IMG/VR virus record: IMGVR_UViG_3300049893_001204
Location: 13,679-77,678 of that record
Strand: one strand, 5' to 3'
Length of the DNA: 64,000 bases
From: a virus
The notes under the pieces were generated by a model, which was not told where the DNA came from, searched no databases, and saw only the letters and a list, made by a program, of their open reading frames with translations. The first letter of the stretch is position 1; each line of letters begins with the position of its first letter. Shown here piece by piece: positions 50,449 through 60,424 of the stretch. Made by a program: the position numbers and the translations under genes.

Positions 50449-51711
50449 ATGGATAAAAAACCTAAGCTGCTGTGGGCAGGTGACATTGTTGCCATGACCG
50501 GCTTTGCTCGTGTTACAGAAAATGTCTTGGAACGCATCTGTGACAACTTTGAAGTCGTTGTCCTGGGCCACAACTATTGGGGTGATCCGCATCCCCTCTG
50601 TCAGAAGTACAAGATCTATCCGTCTTCTAATCGATTCCAGCAGGCTCCCTTTGGGGAAGAACGCATTCGTGAAATTGTTGAGAAAGAAGAGCCGGATATT
50701 GTCTTTACCATTAATGACATGTGGATCATTAATGAACAGTACAGGCGTATTGAGGATTTGCACCAGCAGAAGAAGTTTAAGTTTGTGGGTTATGCGCCCA
50801 TGGATTCTTACAACTGGCTGGGGTGTTTGGATGAGACGGCTAACAAATGGGATGCTGTCATCTCTTATACAGAATTTGGTGCTCACGAATTTATTAAGGG
50901 TGGTATCCAAAGGCCTGTTGCTGTCATTCCACATGGTGTGACAAAGGGTCAGTTCTATCCCATGGATAAGAAAGCTGCACGTAAACGCTTAAATCTTTCT
51001 GAAGATTCGTTTATTGTGTTCAATGGGAACCGCAATCAATTCCGTAAACGCATTGATATTACGGTTGAAGCCTTTGCCAAGTTTGCCAAGGACAAGCCTG
51101 ATGCAATGCTTTACCTTCACATGGGCCTTAAGGACCAAGGTTGGGATGTAATGCCTCTCTTTGCCAGGGAGATGGCTAAGCAGGGGTTGGATCCTAATGG
51201 ACGCATCATCCTCACGGGGAATGGAGCAAATCCACCCAACGTGGATGTGGATAGCCTTAATGCCATCTACAACGCTGTTGATGTAGGTGTCAACACTTGC
51301 AAAGGTGAAGGTTGGGGACTTGTCAACTTTGAACATGCCGCATGTCAAGTTGCTCAGGTGGTGCCAGCACATACGTCCTGTAAAGAGATCTTTGAGGGCT
51401 ACGGACGCCTCATCCGCTGCGATCACGTTGATGTGGACACCAACTACTGCCGTGAGCTTCCCTGCCCTTCTGCCGATCACCTGGCGGAGATTCTGACGGA
51501 TCTGTATGAGAACCGTTCCAAGTTGGAAGCTACTGCTGAGTTGTGTTACATGCGGGCGACAGATCCTCAGTTTGATTGGGAGACTATTGCGTCTCAGTTT
51601 GGTGGCATCTTTGAGGACGTGATGAATGAGGTTGATCACTCCGTTGATGAGGAGCCTAAGGAGGAGAAGCGAAAGAAAAAAGGTAAGAAGAGGAAGCTGC
51701 AGTTGAACTGA
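50449..51711 (+). CDS. GT-B glycosyltransferase (GT4-like)
   Basis: TGFARV, IPHGV, NRNQFRKRID, GEGWGLVNFEHAAC. Confidence 0.88.
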   Translation: MDKKPKLLWAGDIVAMTGFARVTENVLERICDNFEVVVLGHNYWGDPHPLCQKYKIYPSSNRFQQAPFGEERIREIVEKEEPDIVFTINDMWIINEQYRRIEDLHQQKKFKFVGYAPMDSYNWLGCLDETANKWDAVISYTEFGAHEFIKGGIQRPVAVIPHGVTKGQFYPMDKKAARKRLNLSEDSFIVFNGNRNQFRKRIDITVEAFAKFAKDKPDAMLYLHMGLKDQGWDVMPLFAREMAKQGLDPNGRIILTGNGANPPNVDVDSLNAIYNAVDVGVNTCKGEGWGLVNFEHAACQVAQVVPAHTSCKEIFEGYGRLIRCDHVDVDTNYCRELPCPSADHLAEILTDLYENRSKLEATAELCYMRATDPQFDWETIASQFGGIFEDVMNEVDHSVDEEPKEEKRKKKGKKRKLQLN

Positions 51712-51734
51712 GTAGCCTATCTCCGTGGGAGTGG

Positions 51735-51765
51735 CCCCTCTGTGCTGAAGAGCAGAGGGGTTTTT
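51735..51765 (+). terminator. Intrinsic terminator
   Basis: CCCCTCTG..CAGAGGGG followed by T5. Confidence 0.7.
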
Positions 51766-51891
51766 CTTTGGGAGGTTAGTCTCAATGTGAGAATTAAGTG
51801 GGAGTGTGTACCAGGGATTGGGTGTGGTTGTGGCCTGTGGGATACAGATGGTTTGTGGTGATACGGAATGTGGGGTGAGAGGGGGTGTTGG

Positions 51892-52199
51892 GTGCACTAA
51901 AAATTATGCATGGAGTAGAAATCTCTTAATTCTGGCTAGGACGACACCTCCATGGGCAATTAAGACGACACCTCCATTAGGTAAAACTGTCCTGTTGAAT
52001 CCTGCCTGGAGCCTTAAGAGAAAAGGTGTGTCATCTTAAGAAGGGGATGATACTCGTGGTACGGGGGTGCGGGGGTACGCACTGATGACGGCAAAACGCA
52101 TTAATCACTACTCATGGAGGTGTCGTTTAAAATATTCATGGACATGTCGTTCTAGCTCTAATTAAGAGATTTCTATTCCATGCGCAATTTTTGATGCAC
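51892..52199. repeat. 86-bp imperfect inverted repeat with four iterons; candidate replication origin
   Basis: 51892-51977 aligns ungapped to the reverse complement of 52114-52199; each arm has two ACGACA(CC/TG)TCCAT units 24 bp apart. Confidence 0.75.
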
Positions 52200-52293
52200 A
52201 TACCTCCTCCCCTTGTCCTATAAGACTCAAATTGAGCATGGATAACGGGTAAAAACCCCTGGTACTCTTTTTCTTGGAATTCCTCTTGCAGTA

Positions 52294-52644
52294 ATGTCCA
52301 GCAGTTACAAGCCGATGCCGCCCCTCTGGCGCCTGTGTGAGCTCTTTGTTCTCTCTGATGACCATCCATCAGGCTTGGCCTGGGCGGTCCACAAGGCTGG
52401 CTACAAGCCAGGGGAGCAAGCTGGTCGCTTGAACACAGCGTCAAACTTTTACGATGTCTGTATTGATGGCGTAATATTCAAGGCTCATCGGATCGTGTAC
52501 TACTTACGTACTGGACAAAGCCCAGATGGCCACGCTGTTACACATCACTACAGCAATAAAACCAAAGACAACCGGGAGCAACTCATTGCAACCCGTAAGT
52601 CCAAACAAAAGAAATCACAATCTCTTCAGGAGGCAAGCTGGTGA
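52294..52644 (+). CDS. HNH-like protein (degenerate)
   Basis: AGRL...KAHRIVYYLRTG...VTHH..NKTKDN. Confidence 0.65.
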   Translation: MSSSYKPMPPLWRLCELFVLSDDHPSGLAWAVHKAGYKPGEQAGRLNTASNFYDVCIDGVIFKAHRIVYYLRTGQSPDGHAVTHHYSNKTKDNREQLIATRKSKQKKSQSLQEASW

Positions 52645-53291
52645 CCATCTTCCGTTACGTACCAAGCATTGATCATCTGAGTGATGATGAGCTGGCAACA
52701 CATGGTTTTTATCGCGGCTTCCAGTGCCCCCATAATCACTACATCAGAGACGCAAAAGAGAATTGGTGCTACCACTGCTCTTTCAAGATTGTATCTAATC
52801 GCTGCGGTTTTGACATTAACTACATCCATCCCACATACAAGCTGAAATACGACAAGTTATGGCGCAAAATCAAACGTGGTGAGCCAGATGACTGTTGGCC
52901 TATTGAATTCAATTCCAACGCACATAATCCCAAAAGGATGTGCTTTCCTTCCTATCGCTCAACATATGCCAAACAACTATCTGACAACATGACACTACAA
53001 AAAATAATCTATATGTGTGCCTGGGGCGACATCGGCTCCTTGCTTGTCACCAGGATTTGTAAAGATCCCTGGTGCGGCAACCCCTTACATATGGTTTCTA
53101 TATTCAATCCCAAGTATCCACCGCAGTCCATTTATCCATTGGAACTTGAGTATGACAATGCCAAGCTGATGGTTATGGCAAAGGCTAGGGCTATTGGCAG
53201 AGAGACTGACCTTACCCGTTCCTTACATAAAACAACCATCAGTCATCCTATTACCATGAAAGATGCCCAAGCTTATGATGAGATAGGGTAA
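52641..53291 (+). CDS. HNH/Zn-like protein
   Basis: PDDCWP...ICKDPWCGNPLHM. Confidence 0.55.
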   Translation: MTIFRYVPSIDHLSDDELATHGFYRGFQCPHNHYIRDAKENWCYHCSFKIVSNRCGFDINYIHPTYKLKYDKLWRKIKRGEPDDCWPIEFNSNAHNPKRMCFPSYRSTYAKQLSDNMTLQKIIYMCAWGDIGSLLVTRICKDPWCGNPLHMVSIFNPKYPPQSIYPLELEYDNAKLMVMAKARAIGRETDLTRSLHKTTISHPITMKDAQAYDEIG

Positions 53292-53305
53292 CAGCCAACA
53301 ATACA

Positions 53306-54226
53306 ATGTCCAGAAGCCAGCTCGCGCAGCGGCAGCGTACACAAGATAACCCATTAAACCTTGGTACCTTTAGCCAAACATCTTTGCGTTGTCTCCGTGG
53401 CACCTTAGGTCCACAGAATAAAGTTGTTGGTTATCGTGATACAAGCCAAAGTTCCAATGGTGGATTTGGTGGCGGCGCATATAACCACTGGTTTAAAGTA
53501 ACTATTACAAAGAATGCATGGTTGATATTGGTTAAAGGCGAACCTAGGCCAAGCTATATTCAGTTATCTGCTTATGAATCAAACGCTAATCCAATTGAAG
53601 GTAGAAGTATTTTTCAAGCTGATAGCGTATCTTTTACGGCAGAAGGAGAAACCTACTATCCATACGTTGGGCATGTAATGAATGCTCAATCAGATCTTTA
53701 TAACACATTTAACTTTTATCGTTTTGATAAAGGAGATGAAAGATATTATGCATTATCTCCTGGCTCTTATTTATTTTGTGTATCAACTACGCGCAATGAA
53801 CCCTTAGCTTATCAAGTTGGCTTGGTTATTGAGGTACAAGATATTGAGCCTAAGCTTCTACTTGAGACAGGAGCTAGAAATTACTTTGTTTGTGAGAATG
53901 CTCTTAGTTTAAATAACACACTTGTAATTGGCCCCATATTTACTTCTAATTACACATTGCCTAGTGGTTTTAATGCCTATACCAATATTTTGGCTACTGT
54001 TCAATCAGGAGTTACCGTAACCATACCCAATGGTTCTTCTTGGTTTCTTGACACAAATACAGTAGAAGCTAATGAAGATTTCATATTGCTTGACTTAGCA
54101 GAGGACTATACTGGAGAAGATCAGCACACACACTCTTTATCTGAATGGCGGGACGCTTGGCAACGAGACCATCAAGATACCGATCGTTTTCCAGATTTGT
54201 TTATCCCTTACACAACAACGTCATGA
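53306..54226 (+). CDS. Hypothetical beta-rich, probably structural protein
   Basis: 306-aa ORF. Confidence 0.5.
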   Translation: MSRSQLAQRQRTQDNPLNLGTFSQTSLRCLRGTLGPQNKVVGYRDTSQSSNGGFGGGAYNHWFKVTITKNAWLILVKGEPRPSYIQLSAYESNANPIEGRSIFQADSVSFTAEGETYYPYVGHVMNAQSDLYNTFNFYRFDKGDERYYALSPGSYLFCVSTTRNEPLAYQVGLVIEVQDIEPKLLLETGARNYFVCENALSLNNTLVIGPIFTSNYTLPSGFNAYTNILATVQSGVTVTIPNGSSWFLDTNTVEANEDFILLDLAEDYTGEDQHTHSLSEWRDAWQRDHQDTDRFPDLFIPYTTTS

Positions 54227-54368
54227 CTAAGCTAACAAGTGTATTTGCATTGATCAGCTTTTTCAGCAAACCAACTAAAGGCCCATTGTTACCAAAGACG
54301 ACTACTCAGCTGTTTAGTGAGTATTGCAAAAACAATCCATCTGCTGCCTCGTGTAAAGTCTTTGACTG

Positions 54369-54803
54369 TTGATGCGCATATCTAGAAGAAAAAAAGTAAC
54401 AACCATTTACTTACCAGATGGTTGGATCTTTAAGATGCGGCTGGCACCTTACATCAGAACCAAAGGATCTTGTGTGTGGCTTGCAAGCCTTGCTGTAGCC
54501 AAATCCAATAGACAAATCAATGATTGGCTGGTAAAACGCAAAAAACAATCAACAACAAAATTAAGTCAGCAATTAACAGGTCAATTTGGTCCACGCATTC
54601 AAGCCTTAGCTATTCGTCAGGTTAGGCAATGGGTGATTGATTTGCCACCAGGTGATTCAATTGCATTGCGCTGTGAATCTGCATTACCTGATAAGCAATA
54701 TCAAGTATGGAAAAAATGGTTTGTTAATCATGAATCAAGTCAATGGGTAGCACAAGATAAATACCGTTCTTTCTGGTATTACAAGCCAAAGTATGTAGAA
54801 TAA
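54369..54803 (+). CDS. Hypothetical protein
   Basis: 144-aa ORF. Confidence 0.55.
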   Translation: MMRISRRKKVTTIYLPDGWIFKMRLAPYIRTKGSCVWLASLAVAKSNRQINDWLVKRKKQSTTKLSQQLTGQFGPRIQALAIRQVRQWVIDLPPGDSIALRCESALPDKQYQVWKKWFVNHESSQWVAQDKYRSFWYYKPKYVE

Positions 54804-54821
54804 AAGAAATGGATTATTGCC

Positions 54822-54986
54822 ATGCATCGCCTCAATGATTATCTGGAAGTAGCACTTGCTATTCATGCAGCCTGTTCTGCTATCTGCGCATTGACCCCAA
54901 CACCTAAAGACGATACGGTTGTACGTAAAGCCTATCGTTTAATTGAGATTGCAGGTCTTGTGATTGGCCGCGCAAAACAACGCTGA
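54822..54986 (+). CDS. Small holin-like membrane protein (54 aa)
   Basis: ALAIHAACSAICALTPTPKDD; near the lysin. Confidence 0.55.
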   Translation: MHRLNDYLEVALAIHAACSAICALTPTPKDDTVVRKAYRLIEIAGLVIGRAKQR

Positions 54987-55144
54987 TTAATCAGGTAAAG
55001 CCTGAAACCAGAACACGCATCCTGCCTGTTTTTCAACCCAATCCCTAGTTGCGTAAGCTTGTTCTTTGGACATGGTTACGCACTTTTTTTCATCGCCTAC
55101 TTGCCAGCAGATATTTACCCGTATATACGGTTCTTTATACTTTT

Positions 55145-56254
55145 TCACTTTGTCACCAGTATTGCCCAGCCTGTGTTCTGTCCGTCACATTCCCAACGCC
55201 TTAACCAATTCTTTTTACTGTACTTAACGGCAGTTCCAGCTTTTCGGTCATGGCTGGTGTAGTCGCCATTGACAATATCAGCTTCTCCGTTGGGGTCATG
55301 GAATACAAATGCATCAGGTGTGAAGCCAATGCAGCATGTCCAATGTCCTCCTCCAGTTGGATAGCTTACTGTGCCTTTATGTAACCAGCCAACTGCTACA
55401 GGTCTGCCATTACGGATTTCGTTTTCTAGTAAAGCACTATTGCCATTCGTGATGAACTTGGCATTTAACCCTAGCTCTTTTAATGCTTTTAGTTGTGCAT
55501 TTCTATCTGTTGTATCTCCATACTTAGAACGTATTTTATTGTATTCATCATCGTTATTAATTTTGCCATAGTAACGTGCAATCATTGCACAACTAGAAGA
55601 GAAACATTCCCTATACCCAGTGCCAGATTGGTTATCTAGTTGGTATTCATACGGCACAGTTAGTATTTTTTCCGTCTGTACTACATTGTCTTGTTTGTCT
55701 TCATTTCCTAATTGTTGGCCCATGATCTCAATCAGCTTATCGCTGTAATTAGGATCAGTGGCATATCCTTCCTTCACAAGGAGACGTGCGCAATCATACC
55801 GACTAGCAGCTCTATTAACCCCCTGGTACCTACTGTAGTCTTTGTACCAACGATCAACAAGATAACAAACACATGTAAAAAGATCCGGGAAGTTAATAAA
55901 TCCTGCAGTGATTGTTACCCATTTACCGTTAATAAATTCTTGTGTATTGACATTGGTCCCATTGCCTTTGAGGCCAAAGTAGTTATGTGTACCAGAAGTG
56001 TGTCTACCCCAGGCCGATTCAAGAGCCCATTGAGCTGCTACACATTCTGGGTATCTAGCACCAGCTGCTTTAGCTGCTGCCATAACACCCGCCCAATCAT
56101 TGGTGTAAATAGTGGCTTTCTCTTCTGTTCTAAATTTAGATGCAAAAATCTCCAGGGTCTCAGTAGATAGAGTACCCTGGAGCCACTCAAGAGCTTCTTT
56201 CTGATGCTTGAGTCCTTTGTAGTTAACAGCTACATCAACCAGATTAATTGTCAT
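55145..56254 (-). CDS. Endolysin: GH73 glucosaminidase + C39-like peptidase
   Basis: AAQWALESAWG, NYFGLK, GYATDPNY; YQLDN..RECFSSSCAM, GGGHW, HDP. Confidence 0.85.
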   Translation of the reverse strand: MTINLVDVAVNYKGLKHQKEALEWLQGTLSTETLEIFASKFRTEEKATIYTNDWAGVMAAAKAAGARYPECVAAQWALESAWGRHTSGTHNYFGLKGNGTNVNTQEFINGKWVTITAGFINFPDLFTCVCYLVDRWYKDYSRYQGVNRAASRYDCARLLVKEGYATDPNYSDKLIEIMGQQLGNEDKQDNVVQTEKILTVPYEYQLDNQSGTGYRECFSSSCAMIARYYGKINNDDEYNKIRSKYGDTTDRNAQLKALKELGLNAKFITNGNSALLENEIRNGRPVAVGWLHKGTVSYPTGGGHWTCCIGFTPDAFVFHDPNGEADIVNGDYTSHDRKAGTAVKYSKKNWLRRWECDGQNTGWAILVTK

Positions 56255-56278
56255 CGACCTAAAGCTTATATGTCTACT

Positions 56279-56752
56279 TTAGATCTGGTTAGTTTCAGGC
56301 ACAAAGTCACTGGGAGAAATAGGCCATTGATTGTATTCACTACCGGTGATGTAATCAGCAAGGGCACCAGTGTCAATGGTGGCTTCAATGGCAGTCACCT
56401 TGGTACCAGCTGCCATGCGGATTGTTTCACGCCACAGCTGCCAGTCAATAGGGATCTCAGTGCCGTTGTCCACCTTGCGCACCACCATCCAGTCCGTTGG
56501 GGTGAGCAGCAGGCCAGCGGTCATTCGGGTCTGCGCAGTCCACTGCTCAACGAGCTGGGTGTGATCTTTCGGCAGTCCTGGCCCCCAGTAGAAGCGCTGG
56601 TCGTAGGGCTCAGGGTCCGGCACTTCGGTGATGCCAATGGCTTCTTTCTCTTCCAGCGTGGAGAGGCGCAGGAAGTTGGCGGGGTACTGCGTACCGTCAG
56701 GCGTGGAGAAGGCAGTGTCTGGGGCAAGGGGCTGCCCGTTGAGGAGGAACAT
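56279..56752 (-). CDS. Tail fibre assembly-type protein
   Basis: QYPANFLRLSTLEEKEAIGITEV, LLTPTDWMVVRK; follows fibre gene. Confidence 0.65.
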   Translation of the reverse strand: MFLLNGQPLAPDTAFSTPDGTQYPANFLRLSTLEEKEAIGITEVPDPEPYDQRFYWGPGLPKDHTQLVEQWTAQTRMTAGLLLTPTDWMVVRKVDNGTEIPIDWQLWRETIRMAAGTKVTAIEATIDTGALADYITGSEYNQWPISPSDFVPETNQI

Positions 56753-56789
56753 GACGAGAAGGCGGTGTTACATGGGGCAGTGCCCTGGG

Positions 56790-59234
56790 TTAACGAGCGC
56801 GGGCGATTGAGAATGGGTTTTCGGCAAAAGCGGCGTAAACAAATGTCGCCGAACTACCGTTGGCGTTTGATGAGACGTTTCTGAGCTTGAACCCATCGCT
56901 TGTAAAATCCATTGTTGGCTGGCTCTGATTTTCTGGGTTAGATGTATTTGCTTGGATGTCCGTAAACACGGCGTTATATGTGTCTCGCGCTGCGTCAACA
57001 ATCAGCCAGTTGGTGCCTGCTGTCGTTGAGCTTTTGATCATCACCCACCTCGGCCTAAACCCCGTATAAATAAACGGCCCATCTGTGCTGCCGTTGCCGA
57101 TGTAGCTGCCGAAAGAAGAGTACCCGGCGACTGGAGCAAAACAGTAGGCGACGTGGGTCTGACCATTAATGCCAAGCCCGGTAGTGTAATTAACACTAAA
57201 TACAGACGATGTAGGGCGAGACAGAGTGCCATAGGTCGAAACACTGTACTGAGCATCGGTAGTATCCAGAAACAATATCTGAGATGCTGATGACGTAGAT
57301 ATATGCTGAGCGCACCAGTTGGAGGTGCCGTCATGACGCTTTGTAATTACCAGAGAAGGGGCTACTCCTAATCCATGACCAACTGTTGATGTGCCATTAC
57401 CCGTCAGGTTCCCCGTATAAGTAACAATCGAAAACCCAGCCGTTGCATTAGCCCTCACCTGGCTAGAGATGGAGCCTTGTGTGTTCGTGACGGTGGAGCT
57501 TCCGGCGTCCCAGCACCAGGCGGCGTAGGTGGCAGAGCTGGTATTCACCTGAGCCAGTGTGCCAACCGAGAAACCAGCAGAGTTGAACGCCGTGACACCG
57601 CCATCGCTGGTGACTTCTGCGTCGGCGGTATTGGATTCCAGGCGCTTCTCAACACCACGAACGCTGTCGTACCAAGCGTGATCTGTGGCGCCAGAGCGAC
57701 CTTTGATCCACACTAAATCAGGGTTGAAGCCAAGCGTGCTGGTAGGTGTCAGTGCTGAACCGGTGCCCGTGTAAAGCACCACGTCCATCACCGTAGAAGG
57801 CTTCGTGACTACTGGGGCGGGCAGGTTTGCTGTGCAGAGCGCCTTGAAGCCGCTGGGGGCGGTGTAGGCGAAGGGGCGTTGGCCGAAGTTGACGTAATAA
57901 GCGTTATTCGCCGCTTCCGTCATCGCCGGAACATAGCTATAGGAGGTAGAAAGGGTGTAGACGGCGTTACCAGAGTTCAACGCTGTGCCATTCTTGTATA
58001 CCTTTACCTGCCCATTGCTTGGGTCGTACGATATTCCGACAACATCACCAACTGCGCCTGTAGCAAGACCAGATACAACATCAGACCCGTTATACTTGAC
58101 TACGCCACTATACGGGAAGTACGCTACACTCCCCGTGTAATTCCCAGATGCTCCGACCGAGATGTTGTACCCAGTAGTCGGACCAGCGAGCACTTGCGTC
58201 TCTTGGCGCATTAGGCCAATCGCCAAATAGTCCTGTGCAGTATTAGGGCTAAGGATCGTTACCTCGAAGTAGCATTTATTGCCAATGGCCATTGTCGCCT
58301 TGGCTGTTTCGTTGTAGCCGCTTGTTGGGTTGAACTTCAGGTTGCCGTCTGAGAAAAAAGCGCTGGTAAAATTATTGGGATTCCACGTCGCATAGTTTCC
58401 ACGAACCTCCCCGCCCACTCCCGTATCAACCTCGCTGCCATTAGTGGGAACGTCTACGAGGGAGTCGTTGTCTGCACCAGCAGCAACCGAAATGTTGTTG
58501 ACAGTCCACGTGTTCCCTTGCCCAGAAGTGTCCGTCCCTAATGCGGCGGCGGTGCTGTTATCGCTGAAGGGAAGGTGGAACCCGTTGGTGCCATATGTTC
58601 CGCTGTACGCTTTAGGCATCCACACGCCTGTGGTGGCGTCAAACTCACCGAAGCTGGTGGGGTTTAGGGCTTGGCCGTCGATGAAGTGGATGTCGGCGAG
58701 ATAAGCCGATAGATAGGTATCCTGATCTGCTGCATAGCGACCAATCACATGCGAGGATCCACTGTTGTTGACCAGTGTTGAATAGCTGGACGATACCGTG
58801 TTACCGCTAAGAGTTTGCTGGACATTGTTCACATAAATCTTGATCCTATCTGCCGCTGTCCCTTGCGTTGTATCGACTGCAAGAACAACGTGATACCAAG
58901 CTGATGGATCTCGAAATACTGCGGCAGTATCTGCAAACTTTTGCGATGTGTCGTACCAGATGACGCGCAGTGCATCACCGCTTGGGTAGTACAGCTGAAA
59001 ATAAGATGAGGTGGAATCTCTGGCGCCGAACAGCCCACCCTGTGTGGCGGAAAGTGCCGCACGCTTCACCCATCCGCTCCAAGTCCACGTTGTCCTATTC
59101 CCCGCCGATGCCGGTGTGCGGCTGAGGTATGCACTGTCCGGTGAGTTGAACCGCAGCGAACGGCTGATTTGGTACCCCCCGCCACCGCCGCCTGCTGTTG
59201 CATCTAAAAGAAGAGTATTATTTAATAAACTCAT
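56790..59234 (-). CDS. Tail fibre / receptor-binding protein with LamG and SPRY-like domains
   Basis: SRSLRFN, TWTWSGWVKR, FRDPSAWYHVV, NFGQRPFAYTAPSGFKAL. Confidence 0.8.
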   Translation of the reverse strand: MSLLNNTLLLDATAGGGGGGYQISRSLRFNSPDSAYLSRTPASAGNRTTWTWSGWVKRAALSATQGGLFGARDSTSSYFQLYYPSGDALRVIWYDTSQKFADTAAVFRDPSAWYHVVLAVDTTQGTAADRIKIYVNNVQQTLSGNTVSSSYSTLVNNSGSSHVIGRYAADQDTYLSAYLADIHFIDGQALNPTSFGEFDATTGVWMPKAYSGTYGTNGFHLPFSDNSTAAALGTDTSGQGNTWTVNNISVAAGADNDSLVDVPTNGSEVDTGVGGEVRGNYATWNPNNFTSAFFSDGNLKFNPTSGYNETAKATMAIGNKCYFEVTILSPNTAQDYLAIGLMRQETQVLAGPTTGYNISVGASGNYTGSVAYFPYSGVVKYNGSDVVSGLATGAVGDVVGISYDPSNGQVKVYKNGTALNSGNAVYTLSTSYSYVPAMTEAANNAYYVNFGQRPFAYTAPSGFKALCTANLPAPVVTKPSTVMDVVLYTGTGSALTPTSTLGFNPDLVWIKGRSGATDHAWYDSVRGVEKRLESNTADAEVTSDGGVTAFNSAGFSVGTLAQVNTSSATYAAWCWDAGSSTVTNTQGSISSQVRANATAGFSIVTYTGNLTGNGTSTVGHGLGVAPSLVITKRHDGTSNWCAQHISTSSASQILFLDTTDAQYSVSTYGTLSRPTSSVFSVNYTTGLGINGQTHVAYCFAPVAGYSSFGSYIGNGSTDGPFIYTGFRPRWVMIKSSTTAGTNWLIVDAARDTYNAVFTDIQANTSNPENQSQPTMDFTSDGFKLRNVSSNANGSSATFVYAAFAENPFSIARAR

Positions 59235-60388
59235 TGTACGTCGGTAATTAAACGAGCAGTAATACGGCTGGAGCTTTCAACATAATAAACCAATACAGAG
59301 ACACTGCCAAGGCCAGTGCTCATTGTTGGTGTACCACCAGAAAACTTCCAGTTACTTCCGTAAGCAACTGTAGAAGCTGTAGTTCCGTTTTGCGTAATTA
59401 CAATTGAACCACTTTGGCCAGCTGTTTGGTTGCTTGGATTAGCAAGTGTCACTGCTCCACCTGCTGGTAATGTAAGACTAAAGTTGTTTGCGGTGATTAA
59501 ATCAAGAGTTACAGTACCACTTACACTGCCGAGTGCAGAAACCGTACCTAGACAGCTATTAAATACAGTAATGCGTCCTGAAGAATTAACAGAATATCGT
59601 GACGTTCCGTTTGTATAGAAAGAAAGTGTAGTCCATTGACTTGCATCAAGACCCCCCCATTGCAACTCAGTTCCCGTCCAACGAGCAGCGCCCCATCCTG
59701 AAATTGCTAATGCATTGACATTACTGGGTGCTGTAATGTTTAAATAGTTGACATTACCGGTGGATAAAGTTGCCGTTTGTCCTGTTAACGTAGTAAATGC
59801 ACCGGCATCACCCGTGACTGTCGCACCTGATACCTGTGTAGTAAATACTCCGGATACGCCTGTTAATGTTGCAAATTTACCAGTTGTGCCAGTAACAGTA
59901 GCTCCTGATACTTGTGTAGTAAATATCCCAGATACACCTACAATGTTTCCACCTGTCACTGATGTGAAATTACCAGTATCTCCAGTTACGCTGGTACCAG
60001 AAAGACTGGTAAAAACACCTGAAACAATAGTAGCTATTCCGCCAGTTGAGGTTGTGTACTGAATTGAGTTACCGGTGATTGTCGCACCAGATAGATAGGT
60101 AGTAAAAACACCTGAGACGCCCGTAATATTTGTAAATTTTCCAGCATCACCTGTGACTGTTGCACCTGATACTTGGGTAGTAAATACACCAGATACAAAG
60201 TTAGCTGTTGTGCCAGTGACTGTTTGCCCTGATACAGTTGAACCACCTTGAATAATGTTTCCAGAAATAGTTCCAGTTACTGTTACGTTTCCAGAAATAG
60301 CATTTGCTAAACCTGAAACACTTACTGTCGCATCACTTCCGCCTTGCGTATAGGTGATGTTATCAACTTTTACGGTACCGTACGGCAT
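59231..60388 (-). CDS. Tail fibre protein with SG-T-TG repeats
   Basis: Repeated SGVFTTQVSGATVTG units. Confidence 0.7.
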   Translation of the reverse strand: MPYGTVKVDNITYTQGGSDATVSVSGLANAISGNVTVTGTISGNIIQGGSTVSGQTVTGTTANFVSGVFTTQVSGATVTGDAGKFTNITGVSGVFTTYLSGATITGNSIQYTTSTGGIATIVSGVFTSLSGTSVTGDTGNFTSVTGGNIVGVSGIFTTQVSGATVTGTTGKFATLTGVSGVFTTQVSGATVTGDAGAFTTLTGQTATLSTGNVNYLNITAPSNVNALAISGWGAARWTGTELQWGGLDASQWTTLSFYTNGTSRYSVNSSGRITVFNSCLGTVSALGSVSGTVTLDLITANNFSLTLPAGGAVTLANPSNQTAGQSGSIVITQNGTTASTVAYGSNWKFSGGTPTMSTGLGSVSVLVYYVESSSRITARLITDVQ

Positions 60389-60424
60389 GGTTTTTTCTTT
60401 TATTCTTGTATTCTACTTTAGTTA

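Noticed and set aside
50404-51897. Long antisense ORFs (176 and 302 aa), and similar shadow ORFs over TerL, PolA and the lysin
   Set aside because: Antisense to well-supported genes, with no recognisable motifs.
51806-52444. Two opposite-strand ORFs with similar peptides
   Set aside because: The similarity is a by-product of the inverted repeat.
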